From the IMG/VR virus record IMGVR_UViG_3300037087_000181, positions 21,257 through 85,256 of that record: a stretch of DNA of 64,000 bases; one strand, 5' to 3'. This document shows positions 48,053 through 57,399 of this stretch, piece by piece (position 1 is the first letter of the stretch; each line of letters starts with the position of its first letter). Source of the stretch: a virus. The translations under genes and the position numbers were made by a program. Under the pieces are notes generated by a model. The model had not been told where the DNA came from. It ran no database searches and saw only the letters and a program-made list of their open reading frames with translations.

Positions 48053-48056
48053 GAAT

Positions 48057-49829
48057 ATGCCCGGAGCAGGAGCAGCAGCTTGGAGTCTTGGGAGGAATAA
48101 CTTATCAGGCGGTGTAGCATGGACTCCCTCATCTTTAGTTGTTGAAAATGCAGGATCAAATGAGGTTCTTATAACATGGCCGTCTAAAAAGACAATTCTT
48201 ATAAGTGATTTTACTATTGTGGGAATCACAGCGACAGTTTTAGGTGTGTCGTGGGATCCGGGGGTAGGAAATGTTTGTACTTTGATATTAAGTGTTCCGG
48301 TTGTTTATGGAGATGTTTTTAGTGTTGTTTATAAAGGAAAGAGTTATCCAGTTACCAACAATGTTGTCGCATGGACACCCCTAAGTGTACCAACTAAGAT
48401 TATTGGTTGGTACAAAGAGTCAGAAGAAAGTGGAGGACAGCAACCAAATAAGATGGATGGCGGTGCTACTCATCTGACGGTTGTTAGTGGTTCCGGATTA
48501 AATAAAGTCTATACACTTCCTGCCGGGTGGGTTGCTTATGATACTGATAATGCTTGGTGGAAAACTGATGCGAGTTTAAGTACAACTGACGGTAATAGAC
48601 TAATTGCTTATGATTTTGCCCGGACAATTGTAAAATATGATAATACTTCACCTTATGTTTTAAGAGAGATAATAATTCTTTCACGGGCACTTTCAACTGA
48701 CGAAATGAATCATTTGAGAGATTATGCTCAACTTTCTATTTGGTGGAGTGGTGTTGTTTCTGGTTATGGGAACCTGAAGGGCAATAAACCAATAGCACAA
48801 CAATACGTATGGACACCAGAAACAATTACTGTCCCGACAATTTCAACCAAAACAATAGAACAAGCATCACCTTCTAATATAGTTATTACTTTTGACAATA
48901 CACTAAATACTTCTTATATTCCGGCAACTACGGATTATGCAGTTTTAGTAAATTTAGTTGCACGAGGAGTTATTACTGTGGCGGTTGCAGGAGCAGTAAA
49001 TACATTAACTCTTGCCAGTGCGTGTACTCTAGGAGATGTAATAACGGTTACATATACGAAATCAGTTACTAATTATTTAAGAGATAATACAACGGGAGGT
49101 GCAGTTGCAACATTTTCCGGACAATCAATTACAAATAATATCATTTACCCTTTAATCCTTGAGCATCAAACAGGCGGCGTCAATGATACTTCGGCATGGT
49201 ATGATTTTAGAGATTTAACAACAATCACAAAAGATGGCAGTAATCACGTAACAAGAATAAATAATAAATTACTTGTTTCTGAAAGTGATTTATCAATATA
49301 TAAAGGGAATAGTAGGGTATGGAGTGCTGATGGTGTGACATTTAACGGGCTTGTAGATGGTAGTTTAATTACAGATGATCATCTCCGTAGTGCTGCTTTT
49401 GAACTCAATCAGCCGGTTTTTTATTATTTTGTTGTTAAACCATTAAGGTGGACACTTTATGACACTTTTTTCGATGGATATGCAAATAATCAGGGACAAA
49501 TACAGGAAAATGCTGTTACTCCCAATATAAGGGCGCGCGCGGGAAGTGCTTCGACTACAACCGGAATCACTCTAAATGCGTGGAATATTATCAGGGTATT
49601 ATTTAACGGAGCAAATAGTAAACTTATAGTTAATGAAGGAGTACCCGTGACAGGAGATTTTGGTGCTGCAAATCCGGGAGGTATAATAGTTGGGGCATCA
49701 ATGTATTTGGGTAATGCTATTTGTCCTAGTAATATTTTAGTTGCGGAAATGATTGTAAGGAAAGTTGCTGATTCAGTAAGTGATGAGGGAATGATTTATA
49801 ACTATCTCAAGACAAAATACTCAGTATGA
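48057..49829 (+). CDS. tail/adhesin protein with SwmB-like Ig repeats and C-terminal ConA/LamG-like domain
   Basis: IVITFDNTL...DVITVTY..NYLRD; WYDFRDLTTIT...IYNYLKTKY. Confidence 0.6.
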   Translation: MPGAGAAAWSLGRNNLSGGVAWTPSSLVVENAGSNEVLITWPSKKTILISDFTIVGITATVLGVSWDPGVGNVCTLILSVPVVYGDVFSVVYKGKSYPVTNNVVAWTPLSVPTKIIGWYKESEESGGQQPNKMDGGATHLTVVSGSGLNKVYTLPAGWVAYDTDNAWWKTDASLSTTDGNRLIAYDFARTIVKYDNTSPYVLREIIILSRALSTDEMNHLRDYAQLSIWWSGVVSGYGNLKGNKPIAQQYVWTPETITVPTISTKTIEQASPSNIVITFDNTLNTSYIPATTDYAVLVNLVARGVITVAVAGAVNTLTLASACTLGDVITVTYTKSVTNYLRDNTTGGAVATFSGQSITNNIIYPLILEHQTGGVNDTSAWYDFRDLTTITKDGSNHVTRINNKLLVSESDLSIYKGNSRVWSADGVTFNGLVDGSLITDDHLRSAAFELNQPVFYYFVVKPLRWTLYDTFFDGYANNQGQIQENAVTPNIRARAGSASTTTGITLNAWNIIRVLFNGANSKLIVNEGVPVTGDFGAANPGGIIVGASMYLGNAICPSNILVAEMIVRKVADSVSDEGMIYNYLKTKYSV

Positions 49830-52069
49830 AGAAATTAGTAATATTTTCGTTATTTATATTATTGTCCGTTTGCGGATATGGTCAAACCACCATAACGGCA
49901 GGGATGACTCAATTACAGTTTTTTACTGCAATAAATGCGAACTTTAGTTCAATAAATATCACATCTGGCAGTCAGGCAACCCTGACAACTATTAGTGCTT
50001 CTACTTCCTATACTGTTATTAATGGCAATTTTGATGCTCTTAATGCCGTTGTTCCTACTGCGATAACTATTTTTTATCTCTATCCCGGAATGTCCGGGAC
50101 TGCTTATATTAATGCACTTAATACAAATTTTATAAATTTAGTAGCTTCATTTAATTCAGTCCTTACTCAAAGTAATACAATTTATGTAAGTAATTCAGGT
50201 AATGACGGAACAGGCAATGGGACAATAATAACTCCTTATGCAACTTTAGTAAAAGCAACGACAGTATTAACTGATAACACTAAAATACTTATTGCAAAAG
50301 GATCAACATTTATTAATGATAAACTTGACCTATCCGGTAAGACAAATATATTTGTAGATTCTTACGGCAATGGTATTGCACCAATTTTGACAGCATTAAA
50401 ATCAGTTACAGGATGGACTGATGAAGGAGATAATATTTGGAGCAAACAAGATAATAATTTTCCATCTGAAATAACGAATGTTTTTATTGGGGGTACAAAA
50501 GCAATATTGGCTAGAAAAACAATAAGCACGGCAACAGCGGGGAATCAAACGACATTAACCGATTCGGGTCTTGAAGATGCCGATGGGTTTTGGAATAATG
50601 CAGAACTTTATATTGATTATAATACTTTTCTATTTGGCATGTCAAGGGTGAGCGCTTATGCAAGTAAAACATTTACCATACCGGGGATGGATTTAGACCC
50701 GGAGCATATATATAATCCATCGGGTTTATTGTTTCCAGTTGTGGCAGGATATACATATTACGTACAAAATCACAGGGGATGCTTAACAACTCAAAATCAA
50801 TATGCTTATAATAATTCAACCAAAACACTTTATGTTTATTCTACAACTCAGCCATCTGGAGTTACGGTAACTTATGGAGATGATTGCATTTATGGTAATA
50901 TATGTAAAAATATAACAATTCAAAATTTAGATTTTGAAAGCACAGATCAATGTGATATTCAAATTAAAAACAGTTCGTATATCAATATTCTTAATATTAC
51001 TTCTAATTATGCTGGTTATTATCCTATATTATTGAAAACATGTCAGGTCTGCAAAGTAGATGGGTGTACGATGACTGATCAAAATTCTGATGGGATTATG
51101 GTAATGTATTGTAATCAGGTTATTTTACAAAACAATATTATTAATAAATGTGGCTATACAACAGGAAGTGAAAGATATTTATATGGCATATTTCCCGGAC
51201 AAAACGGGAATGGTATTGGGAGTAAAGGAACAACTTATTTAAGTATTTTATATAATGAAATTTATAATACAAATTATTCTGGCATTTGCTTGATGTATGC
51301 AACTAATCCATTGATTCAATATAATTATGTGCATGATGTTAATTTAATACATTTTGACGGTGGTGCCATTTATATGTCATATTCTACAAATGGACATATT
51401 TTAAATAATATTTGCACAAACGGTACTGTTTATAACTGGAATGCAGGAATATACATTGATTTAAGTAGTTTAGATAATGAAATTGATCATAATTTTGTGA
51501 CGGGATATACACAAAATGTGATGATTGGTTATGAAGATCAACAGGTTAATTTTCACGATAATGTTTTATTTTCTACGAATAGTACAAACAATATTTGGTT
51601 CACTTTATATGGCAGTAGTGCAAATAATACAATTAATAATAATCTTTTTGTGGCACAAGCTCCCGCAACGTGTAGTATTGGAATTTATACTGCTTTAACA
51701 AATACTGAGACAATTACGAACAATAAATATTACTATCCTTTCGGGAAAGCCGGAACAGGTGGAAATAATACAATGTTCAAACTAACTACTTCATGGCTGA
51801 CACTTGCTCAATGGATTGCTGATGAAAACACACGTGTATGGGGAAGAACGGCATTGAATGAATTGGAGATAACTCCTTCGATGTATGCTGGAAGTGCAAA
51901 ACCAGAAACAGATTTCCTCATTTATCTAATTAACCCCGCAAAAACCGTGAGGATAGTTCAGGCAGCAGAATTGCCTTATAGTGACTATGTTGATATGGAT
52001 GGGGTTGCGCAGACATATCCTTTTACAATGCAACCATATACAAGTAAAGTTTTAGTAAGACCAAATTAA
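49826..52069 (+). CDS. secreted right-handed beta-helix protein
   Basis: Signal peptide MKKLVIFSLFILLSVCGYGQ; IYVSNSGND..GT...PY; DGGAIY and GIYID motifs. Confidence 0.75.
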   Translation: MKKLVIFSLFILLSVCGYGQTTITAGMTQLQFFTAINANFSSINITSGSQATLTTISASTSYTVINGNFDALNAVVPTAITIFYLYPGMSGTAYINALNTNFINLVASFNSVLTQSNTIYVSNSGNDGTGNGTIITPYATLVKATTVLTDNTKILIAKGSTFINDKLDLSGKTNIFVDSYGNGIAPILTALKSVTGWTDEGDNIWSKQDNNFPSEITNVFIGGTKAILARKTISTATAGNQTTLTDSGLEDADGFWNNAELYIDYNTFLFGMSRVSAYASKTFTIPGMDLDPEHIYNPSGLLFPVVAGYTYYVQNHRGCLTTQNQYAYNNSTKTLYVYSTTQPSGVTVTYGDDCIYGNICKNITIQNLDFESTDQCDIQIKNSSYINILNITSNYAGYYPILLKTCQVCKVDGCTMTDQNSDGIMVMYCNQVILQNNIINKCGYTTGSERYLYGIFPGQNGNGIGSKGTTYLSILYNEIYNTNYSGICLMYATNPLIQYNYVHDVNLIHFDGGAIYMSYSTNGHILNNICTNGTVYNWNAGIYIDLSSLDNEIDHNFVTGYTQNVMIGYEDQQVNFHDNVLFSTNSTNNIWFTLYGSSANNTINNNLFVAQAPATCSIGIYTALTNTETITNNKYYYPFGKAGTGGNNTMFKLTTSWLTLAQWIADENTRVWGRTALNELEITPSMYAGSAKPETDFLIYLINPAKTVRIVQAAELPYSDYVDMDGVAQTYPFTMQPYTSKVLVRPN

Positions 52070-52135
52070 ACGAGATGAAAAAGAAAACAAACAAACCGGT
52101 TGAATAAAATAATCTGAAATGGCAGAGGATAAAAT

Positions 52136-52471
52136 ATGGGAAAGGTTCTAATATGGATTAAAGGTTTGGCTGAAGGATGGAAGATATTCTTTGGATTGGT
52201 TGGTATGGTAACGATCATTGCAACGGCAGCTATCAAGATCAATCATTGGACGGAAAAAGGAGAAAGTCAGTCTAATACTATTGAATATCTCAAAAAGGAA
52301 GATCAAAGTAAAAAGAAAGCAGAGCGCATCAGGGATTCGATTGATATAGCCAAATGGAACGGAGTAAATTACAGATTGGACAATATTTCTGATAGTTTGA
52401 GTCTTGCTCCTGATAGAAGTGGATTGATTTCCGCACAACAATTTAATTTATTTAAGAATTTAAATTTATAG
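52136..52471 (+). CDS. membrane-anchored protein
   Basis: N-terminal TM followed by a charged helix. Confidence 0.6.
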   Translation: MGKVLIWIKGLAEGWKIFFGLVGMVTIIATAAIKINHWTEKGESQSNTIEYLKKEDQSKKKAERIRDSIDIAKWNGVNYRLDNISDSLSLAPDRSGLISAQQFNLFKNLNL

Positions 52472-52550
52472 TCGCATCGGAGTCAGGCGAAACGAAATGA
52501 AAGGAATAAAAGAAATAGGTTCGTTTTTTTCAAGTGTTCACGGGATATAA

Positions 52551-53033
52551 ATGAAACAGGTAATACAGAATATATTAAAATGGTTTGAGCAGCTCAGTAC
52601 TTTTGTGAAAGTAATAGGAGTTATTGTTCCGCTTTTGGCGGGTGCAGTTAAATTAGTTAATGCGCATGATAATAAAGTCCGGGCAGAGTATGAAAAACAA
52701 AAAACAGAACAACAGGATCAGACTGAGTTAAAGGCTAACGTGAAAACCATTATGGTTCAAAATGACTCCTTGTTTAAAGTAGTACATAGGTTAGAGTGGG
52801 GTCAACAGGATATTCGCAGTGATATGACTAGGGTAACTACGGTTGTAAAGAAATTAAGTGATGATTTTGTAAACCACCTTTCTAAAGACCCTACCATTAC
52901 TAAGCAGGATATTATAGATGTAATGGGCGGTCTTCAGTTCGAAATAAGTCAACCGGCGGGTAATGTGAATAAATCTATGGATAAGTCCGCAGAACCGGGT
53001 TTTAAGATTAAAATAATTCCAATTAAAAAATGA
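52551..53033 (+). CDS. membrane-anchored coiled-coil protein
   Basis: N-terminal TM and coiled coil; lies in the lysis region. Confidence 0.65.
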   Translation: MKQVIQNILKWFEQLSTFVKVIGVIVPLLAGAVKLVNAHDNKVRAEYEKQKTEQQDQTELKANVKTIMVQNDSLFKVVHRLEWGQQDIRSDMTRVTTVVKKLSDDFVNHLSKDPTITKQDIIDVMGGLQFEISQPAGNVNKSMDKSAEPGFKIKIIPIKK

Positions 53034-53158
53034 ATGACACAGGGTTTGGAATGTATGCGGCATTAGTAATCGGGGGATTGAGTCTCTTGGTATTAGTTTT
53101 TGTGTCCATTAAGGCATTAATATACTCAATAAAATTCTTATTTAAACAAGGGAAATAA
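53030..53158 (+). CDS. small membrane peptide (42 aa)
   Basis: Hand-translated MNDTGFGMYAALVIGGLSLLVLVFVSIKALIYSIKFLFKQGK*; overlaps both neighbours. Confidence 0.55.
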   Translation: MNDTGFGMYAALVIGGLSLLVLVFVSIKALIYSIKFLFKQGK

Positions 53159-53847
53159 TGACAGACGAAACAAAAGATAGGTATGATATTAATAATATTC
53201 CGATAAGCGAAAAAACTTACAAGGGATTAAGCACAGAAAACATTAATATGCTTGGTGCTATTGGAAGAATGTTATCCCTACAAGACGAATTTATAGGGGA
53301 TATACTTGGGGAGATTAAAGAGGCAATTGTTAAAATAACACAAAGACTTGATATTATCGAAACAAGACTTACTAGGGCAGAAGGAGATGCTAAAGAAGCA
53401 CTGGGAAAAATTATTGAAGAGGACAGCAGGATTTTAGAACATGATAATAGACTCAACAAGAAAAAACAGGAAATAGAAGAGCTTAGGGGTGAATTTGAAA
53501 AGTATAAAGAACATTTAGAATATGTTTCCAAGATTAAACCAACGCTTGAAACACTACAAAATGCATTTAGGTTTTGGAGATGGAAGAACTGGTGGAAAAT
53601 TGTTAGTATTATTGTAGGAATTATTCTTGTTTTTTCCTTAATGGTTATTGGCATCTATTCTTTTATGCGTCAATCTGGATGGCTTAGTCAAAGCAAAACA
53701 TCAGGTATAGAAAAGGTTTGGACAGATATTAAAACCGGAAATATTTCAAATGATGTCAGAACAATTCATTTTAATAACTTAACGCCGACACAGAAAGACT
53801 CTCTTATTAATGAAAATGAAAAAGAAATTTTAAGCACAATTAAATAG
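53158..53847 (+). CDS. coiled-coil protein with one TM segment
   Basis: Heptad region followed by WWKIVSIIVGIILVFSLMVIGIY. Confidence 0.7.
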   Translation: MTDETKDRYDINNIPISEKTYKGLSTENINMLGAIGRMLSLQDEFIGDILGEIKEAIVKITQRLDIIETRLTRAEGDAKEALGKIIEEDSRILEHDNRLNKKKQEIEELRGEFEKYKEHLEYVSKIKPTLETLQNAFRFWRWKNWWKIVSIIVGIILVFSLMVIGIYSFMRQSGWLSQSKTSGIEKVWTDIKTGNISNDVRTIHFNNLTPTQKDSLINENEKEILSTIK

Positions 53848-53856
53848 ATACAAGGA

Positions 53857-54051
53857 ATGGGATATAAAAACCCTTATCCTGAATGTGAAAACTGTAAAAC
53901 CCTTGGGGATTGCCCCCATCCTGATGTGGCACAAGATTTGCTGGGGTCGCCAATGCCTCCGGATTTATGTCCAAGACCATTAACTATAATGGCAAATACT
54001 TTAAAGAAACGGAAACTTAAATTTTCTCAATATTTAAAAGGTGATGACTGA
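53857..54051 (+). CDS. small Cys-rich protein
   Basis: CENC....DCPHP...CP. Confidence 0.55.
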   Translation: MGYKNPYPECENCKTLGDCPHPDVAQDLLGSPMPPDLCPRPLTIMANTLKKRKLKFSQYLKGDD

Positions 54052-54472
54052 TTTATTATTGGAATTTCTCTCACATTATGGCCTTAAAGAAATAGATGGC
54101 CCCGAAAGCAATCCCGACATTATTGCTATGTTTAAAGAAATAGGTTACGATGTTCAGGATGACTCTACGACAGCTTGGTGTTCCGCAGCAATGAATTACT
54201 ATGCAAAGAAAACAGGATATGAATATACGGGGAAACTTGATGCAAGGAGTTGGCTTAAAACGTCAATAATAATATTAAAACCAACAATGGGTGACATTGT
54301 CGTGTTTTGGAGGGATAAACCAAGTGGATGGGAAGGTCATGTCGGACTATTTATAGCATGGGATGAAACAAATATCTATACACTTGGGGGTAATGAAAGC
54401 AATATGATAAAAATAAGTCCATATCCGAGGGCACAATTATTAGGATTCAGACAATTAAAAAAAATAATATAA
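54044..54472 (+). CDS. TIGR02594-family CHAP/NlpC-like peptidoglycan hydrolase (endolysin candidate)
   Basis: GLKEI.G...NP.I, AWCSAAM, ARSW, GHVG and LGGN. Confidence 0.85.
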   Translation: MTDLLLEFLSHYGLKEIDGPESNPDIIAMFKEIGYDVQDDSTTAWCSAAMNYYAKKTGYEYTGKLDARSWLKTSIIILKPTMGDIVVFWRDKPSGWEGHVGLFIAWDETNIYTLGGNESNMIKISPYPRAQLLGFRQLKKII

Positions 54473-54624
54473 TGGCAATAGAAATTAAGAAATCACACGT
54501 TGGTATGTTTGCCGCATATAAAAAACGTACAGGAAAAACCACACAGGAAGCCTTGCATTCCAAAGACCCTCATATTCGTAAGATGGCAAATTTTGCCAAG
54601 AATGCAAAAAAATGGCATCATTAA
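54472..54624 (+). CDS. small basic protein of a type common in crAss-like phages (50 aa)
   Basis: Hand-translated MAIEIKKSHVGMFAAYKKRTGKTTQEALHSKDPHIRKMANFAKNAKKWHH*. Confidence 0.7.
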   Translation: MAIEIKKSHVGMFAAYKKRTGKTTQEALHSKDPHIRKMANFAKNAKKWHH

Positions 54625-54637
54625 AAAATAATAAGAT

Positions 54638-55381
54638 ATGAGAAAATTAATGTTTGGGAAAAAATCCCCACGTCTCGATTATAGAACATTGATGTTCACA
54701 AACTACCTGACACCAGAGATAGCACCTCCTCCTCCGGCATTCGATAATCTTATCACTGTTTATAATAAGACAAAGATATCTGATCCTACAAAACTTTATC
54801 CGATGCTAGGAAACGATCGTCTCGGAGATTGTACCATTGCGGGCATGGCACATGCCAGAACAGTCTATGCAGGATTAATTGGACAAAAATCTATACCGAC
54901 TGAATGTACTGTTACAAAACTCTATAAAAAACTTACAGGAGGGCCAGACACGGGGTTAGTGGAACTCGATGTTTTAAACTATTGGAGACAAAATTCCTTT
55001 AGCGGGGAAAAGATACTTGCCTATGCAAAAATATCTGACATTACAAATCATGTTCATGTAAAACAAGCCATACAATTGTTTGGGGGTCTTTACTTGGGAT
55101 TTAATGTTCAAGAGAACTGTCTAAGTGACTTTGGCAACCATATACCTTGGACTCCCGGTAAGTTATTAAACGAGGGACATGCTATCTTTGCGACATCATA
55201 CGATCCCGATTTTATTACTGTATTAACATGGGGTAATACCCAGAAGGGTGATTGGAAATGGTGGGATGAATGTGTTGATGAAGCATACGTGATTCTTCCG
55301 ATGGAAGCAAAAAATCCATCATTCTGTCCCGGCTTTGATTTTCAGCAATTAGAGGAAGACCTTACCATCGTTTCAAAATAA
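54638..55381 (+). CDS. papain-like cysteine peptidase
   Basis: NDRLGDCTIAG (Cys), GHAI (His) and TWG. Confidence 0.7.
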   Translation: MRKLMFGKKSPRLDYRTLMFTNYLTPEIAPPPPAFDNLITVYNKTKISDPTKLYPMLGNDRLGDCTIAGMAHARTVYAGLIGQKSIPTECTVTKLYKKLTGGPDTGLVELDVLNYWRQNSFSGEKILAYAKISDITNHVHVKQAIQLFGGLYLGFNVQENCLSDFGNHIPWTPGKLLNEGHAIFATSYDPDFITVLTWGNTQKGDWKWWDECVDEAYVILPMEAKNPSFCPGFDFQQLEEDLTIVSK

Positions 55382-55382
55382 A

Positions 55383-55414
55383 TTTGGATTTCTCAAATAT
55401 AAAGTTTATCTTTG
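55383..55414 (+). promoter_or_regulatory. sigma-A promoter (TTTG, 20 nt, TATCTTTG)
   Basis: Seen directly. Confidence 0.8.
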
Positions 55415-55449
55415 ATGCTTAATAGTATAAACTTAATAATTTAAGAAAA

Positions 55450-55650
55450 ATGGATTTATTAACGATTGTAATTATTTTGATTGCTGTTGGAATACTTTTG
55501 TTTATTATAAATCGTATTCCATTCATTGATGCTGGAGTAAAAACTATTCTCTATTGGGTAGTTATAGGCGTTGTTGTAATTTGGTTACTTGCCCCGTTAG
55601 GGGTATTCCATTACATAGGTAATGTGCATATTGGTAGATTTCGAAACTAA
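55450..55650 (+). CDS. small 2-TM membrane protein (Thivi_2564-like)
   Basis: LIAVGILLFIIN.IP....KTIL..VVI..VVIWLL. Confidence 0.7.
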   Translation: MDLLTIVIILIAVGILLFIINRIPFIDAGVKTILYWVVIGVVVIWLLAPLGVFHYIGNVHIGRFRN

Positions 55651-55659
55651 TAATTTAAA

Positions 55660-55923
55660 ATGAAAGCTAATTTTTTGAATTTAAATTGGTATGATTTTGG
55701 TAAGGGTGCTGTTGTTGCTGTTCTTACAGCCGTATTAGCCACGCTGACAACACTCTTACAAACAGGTAAATTATTTGATAAAGCCAGCTTACCCGTGATT
55801 GGAACCGCCGCTCTTACTGCTTTTATAGCATATCTTGGAAAGAATTTATTTACTAATTCGCAAGGTCAGTTATTGACTACTGAAAAAAATGCAACACCAG
55901 AAATTGTAAAACCTTTAAAATAA
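55660..55923 (+). CDS. holin-like 2-TM protein
   Basis: DFGKG.VVAVL...AYLGKNLFTN. Confidence 0.6.
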   Translation: MKANFLNLNWYDFGKGAVVAVLTAVLATLTTLLQTGKLFDKASLPVIGTAALTAFIAYLGKNLFTNSQGQLLTTEKNATPEIVKPLK

Positions 55924-55948
55924 AACAAATTAAAAACAAGAAAAAGAA

Positions 55949-56413
55949 ATGAAAAAACTAATCGTAATTTTTACTCTTGCAATGTTCACCATTGCTGGGA
56001 TGTCACAAAGTGTATTTAAACCCGTCCCTAAAGACTTATTTAAAACAATCAACCTGACGGTGGCAAAAGCAAATCTTATTAATACCACTTTCTTATGGCG
56101 GTTTAACGCATCGGTTGTTGGTGATGAACTGGTCTATAATAAGACAACAAAACAGTTCGATTCAGCTCCTTTAAGTGGCGTAGGCCCTGGATTCGGGATA
56201 CGTCATTATTATCAAGCACCTGATGGCACACCCGCAAGCGATTGGGGTATAAGTTTTGTTGCATTACTCGGTACTGATATTAATAACATCACACCAGCTT
56301 CAATTAAACCAGCAATTACCATTAATGCCTTCAATTTTGTTAATGTAGGTGTCGATTATGGATTTGGAAATAAAGCATTTGGAATAATTTTAGGCGCACA
56401 GGCGAATTTTTAA
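55949..56413 (+). CDS. putative outer-membrane beta-barrel protein
   Basis: Signal peptide ending AGMS-Q; alternating amphipathic beta strands; C-terminal Phe. Confidence 0.55.
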   Translation: MKKLIVIFTLAMFTIAGMSQSVFKPVPKDLFKTINLTVAKANLINTTFLWRFNASVVGDELVYNKTTKQFDSAPLSGVGPGFGIRHYYQAPDGTPASDWGISFVALLGTDINNITPASIKPAITINAFNFVNVGVDYGFGNKAFGIILGAQANF

Positions 56414-56432
56414 CACACTTTCTTTCTTAATT

Positions 56433-56465
56433 AAGCGGGCAATTAACTTTGACCCGCTTTTTTTT
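56433..56465 (+). terminator. Rho-independent terminator
   Basis: AAGCGGG...CCCGCTT followed by a T run. Confidence 0.8.
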
Positions 56466-56487
56466 ATGAAAAATAGTTGAGTCTTTA

Positions 56488-56519
56488 TTTGTTTAATTCA
56501 AAACTTAAGTTTACATTTA
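56488..56519 (+). promoter_or_regulatory. variant sigma-A promoter (TTTG, 20 nt, TACATTTA)
   Basis: Same spacing as the other class-A promoters; last base differs. Confidence 0.55.
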
Positions 56520-56543
56520 CACAGTAAACTTAAAAATAATACT

Positions 56544-56669
56544 ATGAAAACATTAAAATTTTACTTGCCATTCATTTTATGGAGCACTGGAACAGTAATC
56601 CTAACGATTATCTGTTTCATTTTACTGCCCATATACTTATTGGTCGAGAAATTATTTTATAGGAAATAA
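56544..56669 (+). CDS. small hydrophobic peptide (41 aa)
   Basis: Hand-translated MKTLKFYLPFILWSTGTVILTIICFILLPIYLLVEKLFYRK*. Confidence 0.55.
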   Translation: MKTLKFYLPFILWSTGTVILTIICFILLPIYLLVEKLFYRK

Positions 56670-56684
56670 TTAAACTCCCAGACT

Positions 56685-57395
56685 ATGAAAACATTAATCT
56701 TTCTTTTACTTTTCTGTTTTGCCTGTACAAAGATAGAATACATTACGGAACAGGCAGCGGCTACTGATTCAACTAATATAGGAGGGAAAAAACCCGTTGA
56801 TACAATCATGAAAAAGCCATACACCCTTCATGATATTGATGGTAATGTTTACGACTCTGTTATGCTTGGCACACAGACATGGATGGCAGAAAATCTAAAA
56901 ACAACTAAATATAATAATGGATTATCTATACCAAATGTTACTGATAATAATACATGGAAATCATTATCCACAGATGCCTTTTGTTGGTATGACAATGATA
57001 TTTCTTATAAAAATATAATGGGGTGCTTATATAATTATTATGCTGTTACCGATAAACTTTGCCCGGTCGGTTGGCGTGTACCAAGAGATGGCGATTGGAA
57101 GATATTAGAGATGTTAATGGGGATGAGCCTTACTGAAGCAGATAGTTTAAACTGGCGGGGTGATGGGGATGCTTTTATACTTGAATCATCTAATTTCAAG
57201 GCGTTATTCGCAGGCTTTAGAAGTGGGTGGTATGGTGATTTCGGAGACTACGGACAAGGAGCATATTTCTGGACTGGTTCAGAATATGATAAAACTACAG
57301 CATATTGTAGATCTCTTGAATACCCCATAAATAAAATAAATAGAGGGCCAAATGCTAAATCAAGCGGGTTCTCAATAAGATGTATAAAAAATTAA
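56685..57395 (+). CDS. FISUMP-domain lipoprotein
   Basis: Lipobox FAC; DIDGNVY...GTQTWMAENL, LCPVGWRVP and GFSIRCIKN. Confidence 0.85.
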   Translation: MKTLIFLLLFCFACTKIEYITEQAAATDSTNIGGKKPVDTIMKKPYTLHDIDGNVYDSVMLGTQTWMAENLKTTKYNNGLSIPNVTDNNTWKSLSTDAFCWYDNDISYKNIMGCLYNYYAVTDKLCPVGWRVPRDGDWKILEMLMGMSLTEADSLNWRGDGDAFILESSNFKALFAGFRSGWYGDFGDYGQGAYFWTGSEYDKTTAYCRSLEYPINKINRGPNAKSSGFSIRCIKN

Positions 57396-57399
57396 AGAC

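Noticed and set aside
52408-52530. Hammerhead ribozyme (CTGATAGA...CGAAAC)
   Set aside because: The core is not CUGANGA, and stems I and II cannot be formed properly
28194-57395. Diversity-generating retroelement targeting the FISUMP genes
   Set aside because: No reverse transcriptase and no adenine-mismatched TR/VR pair seen in the window
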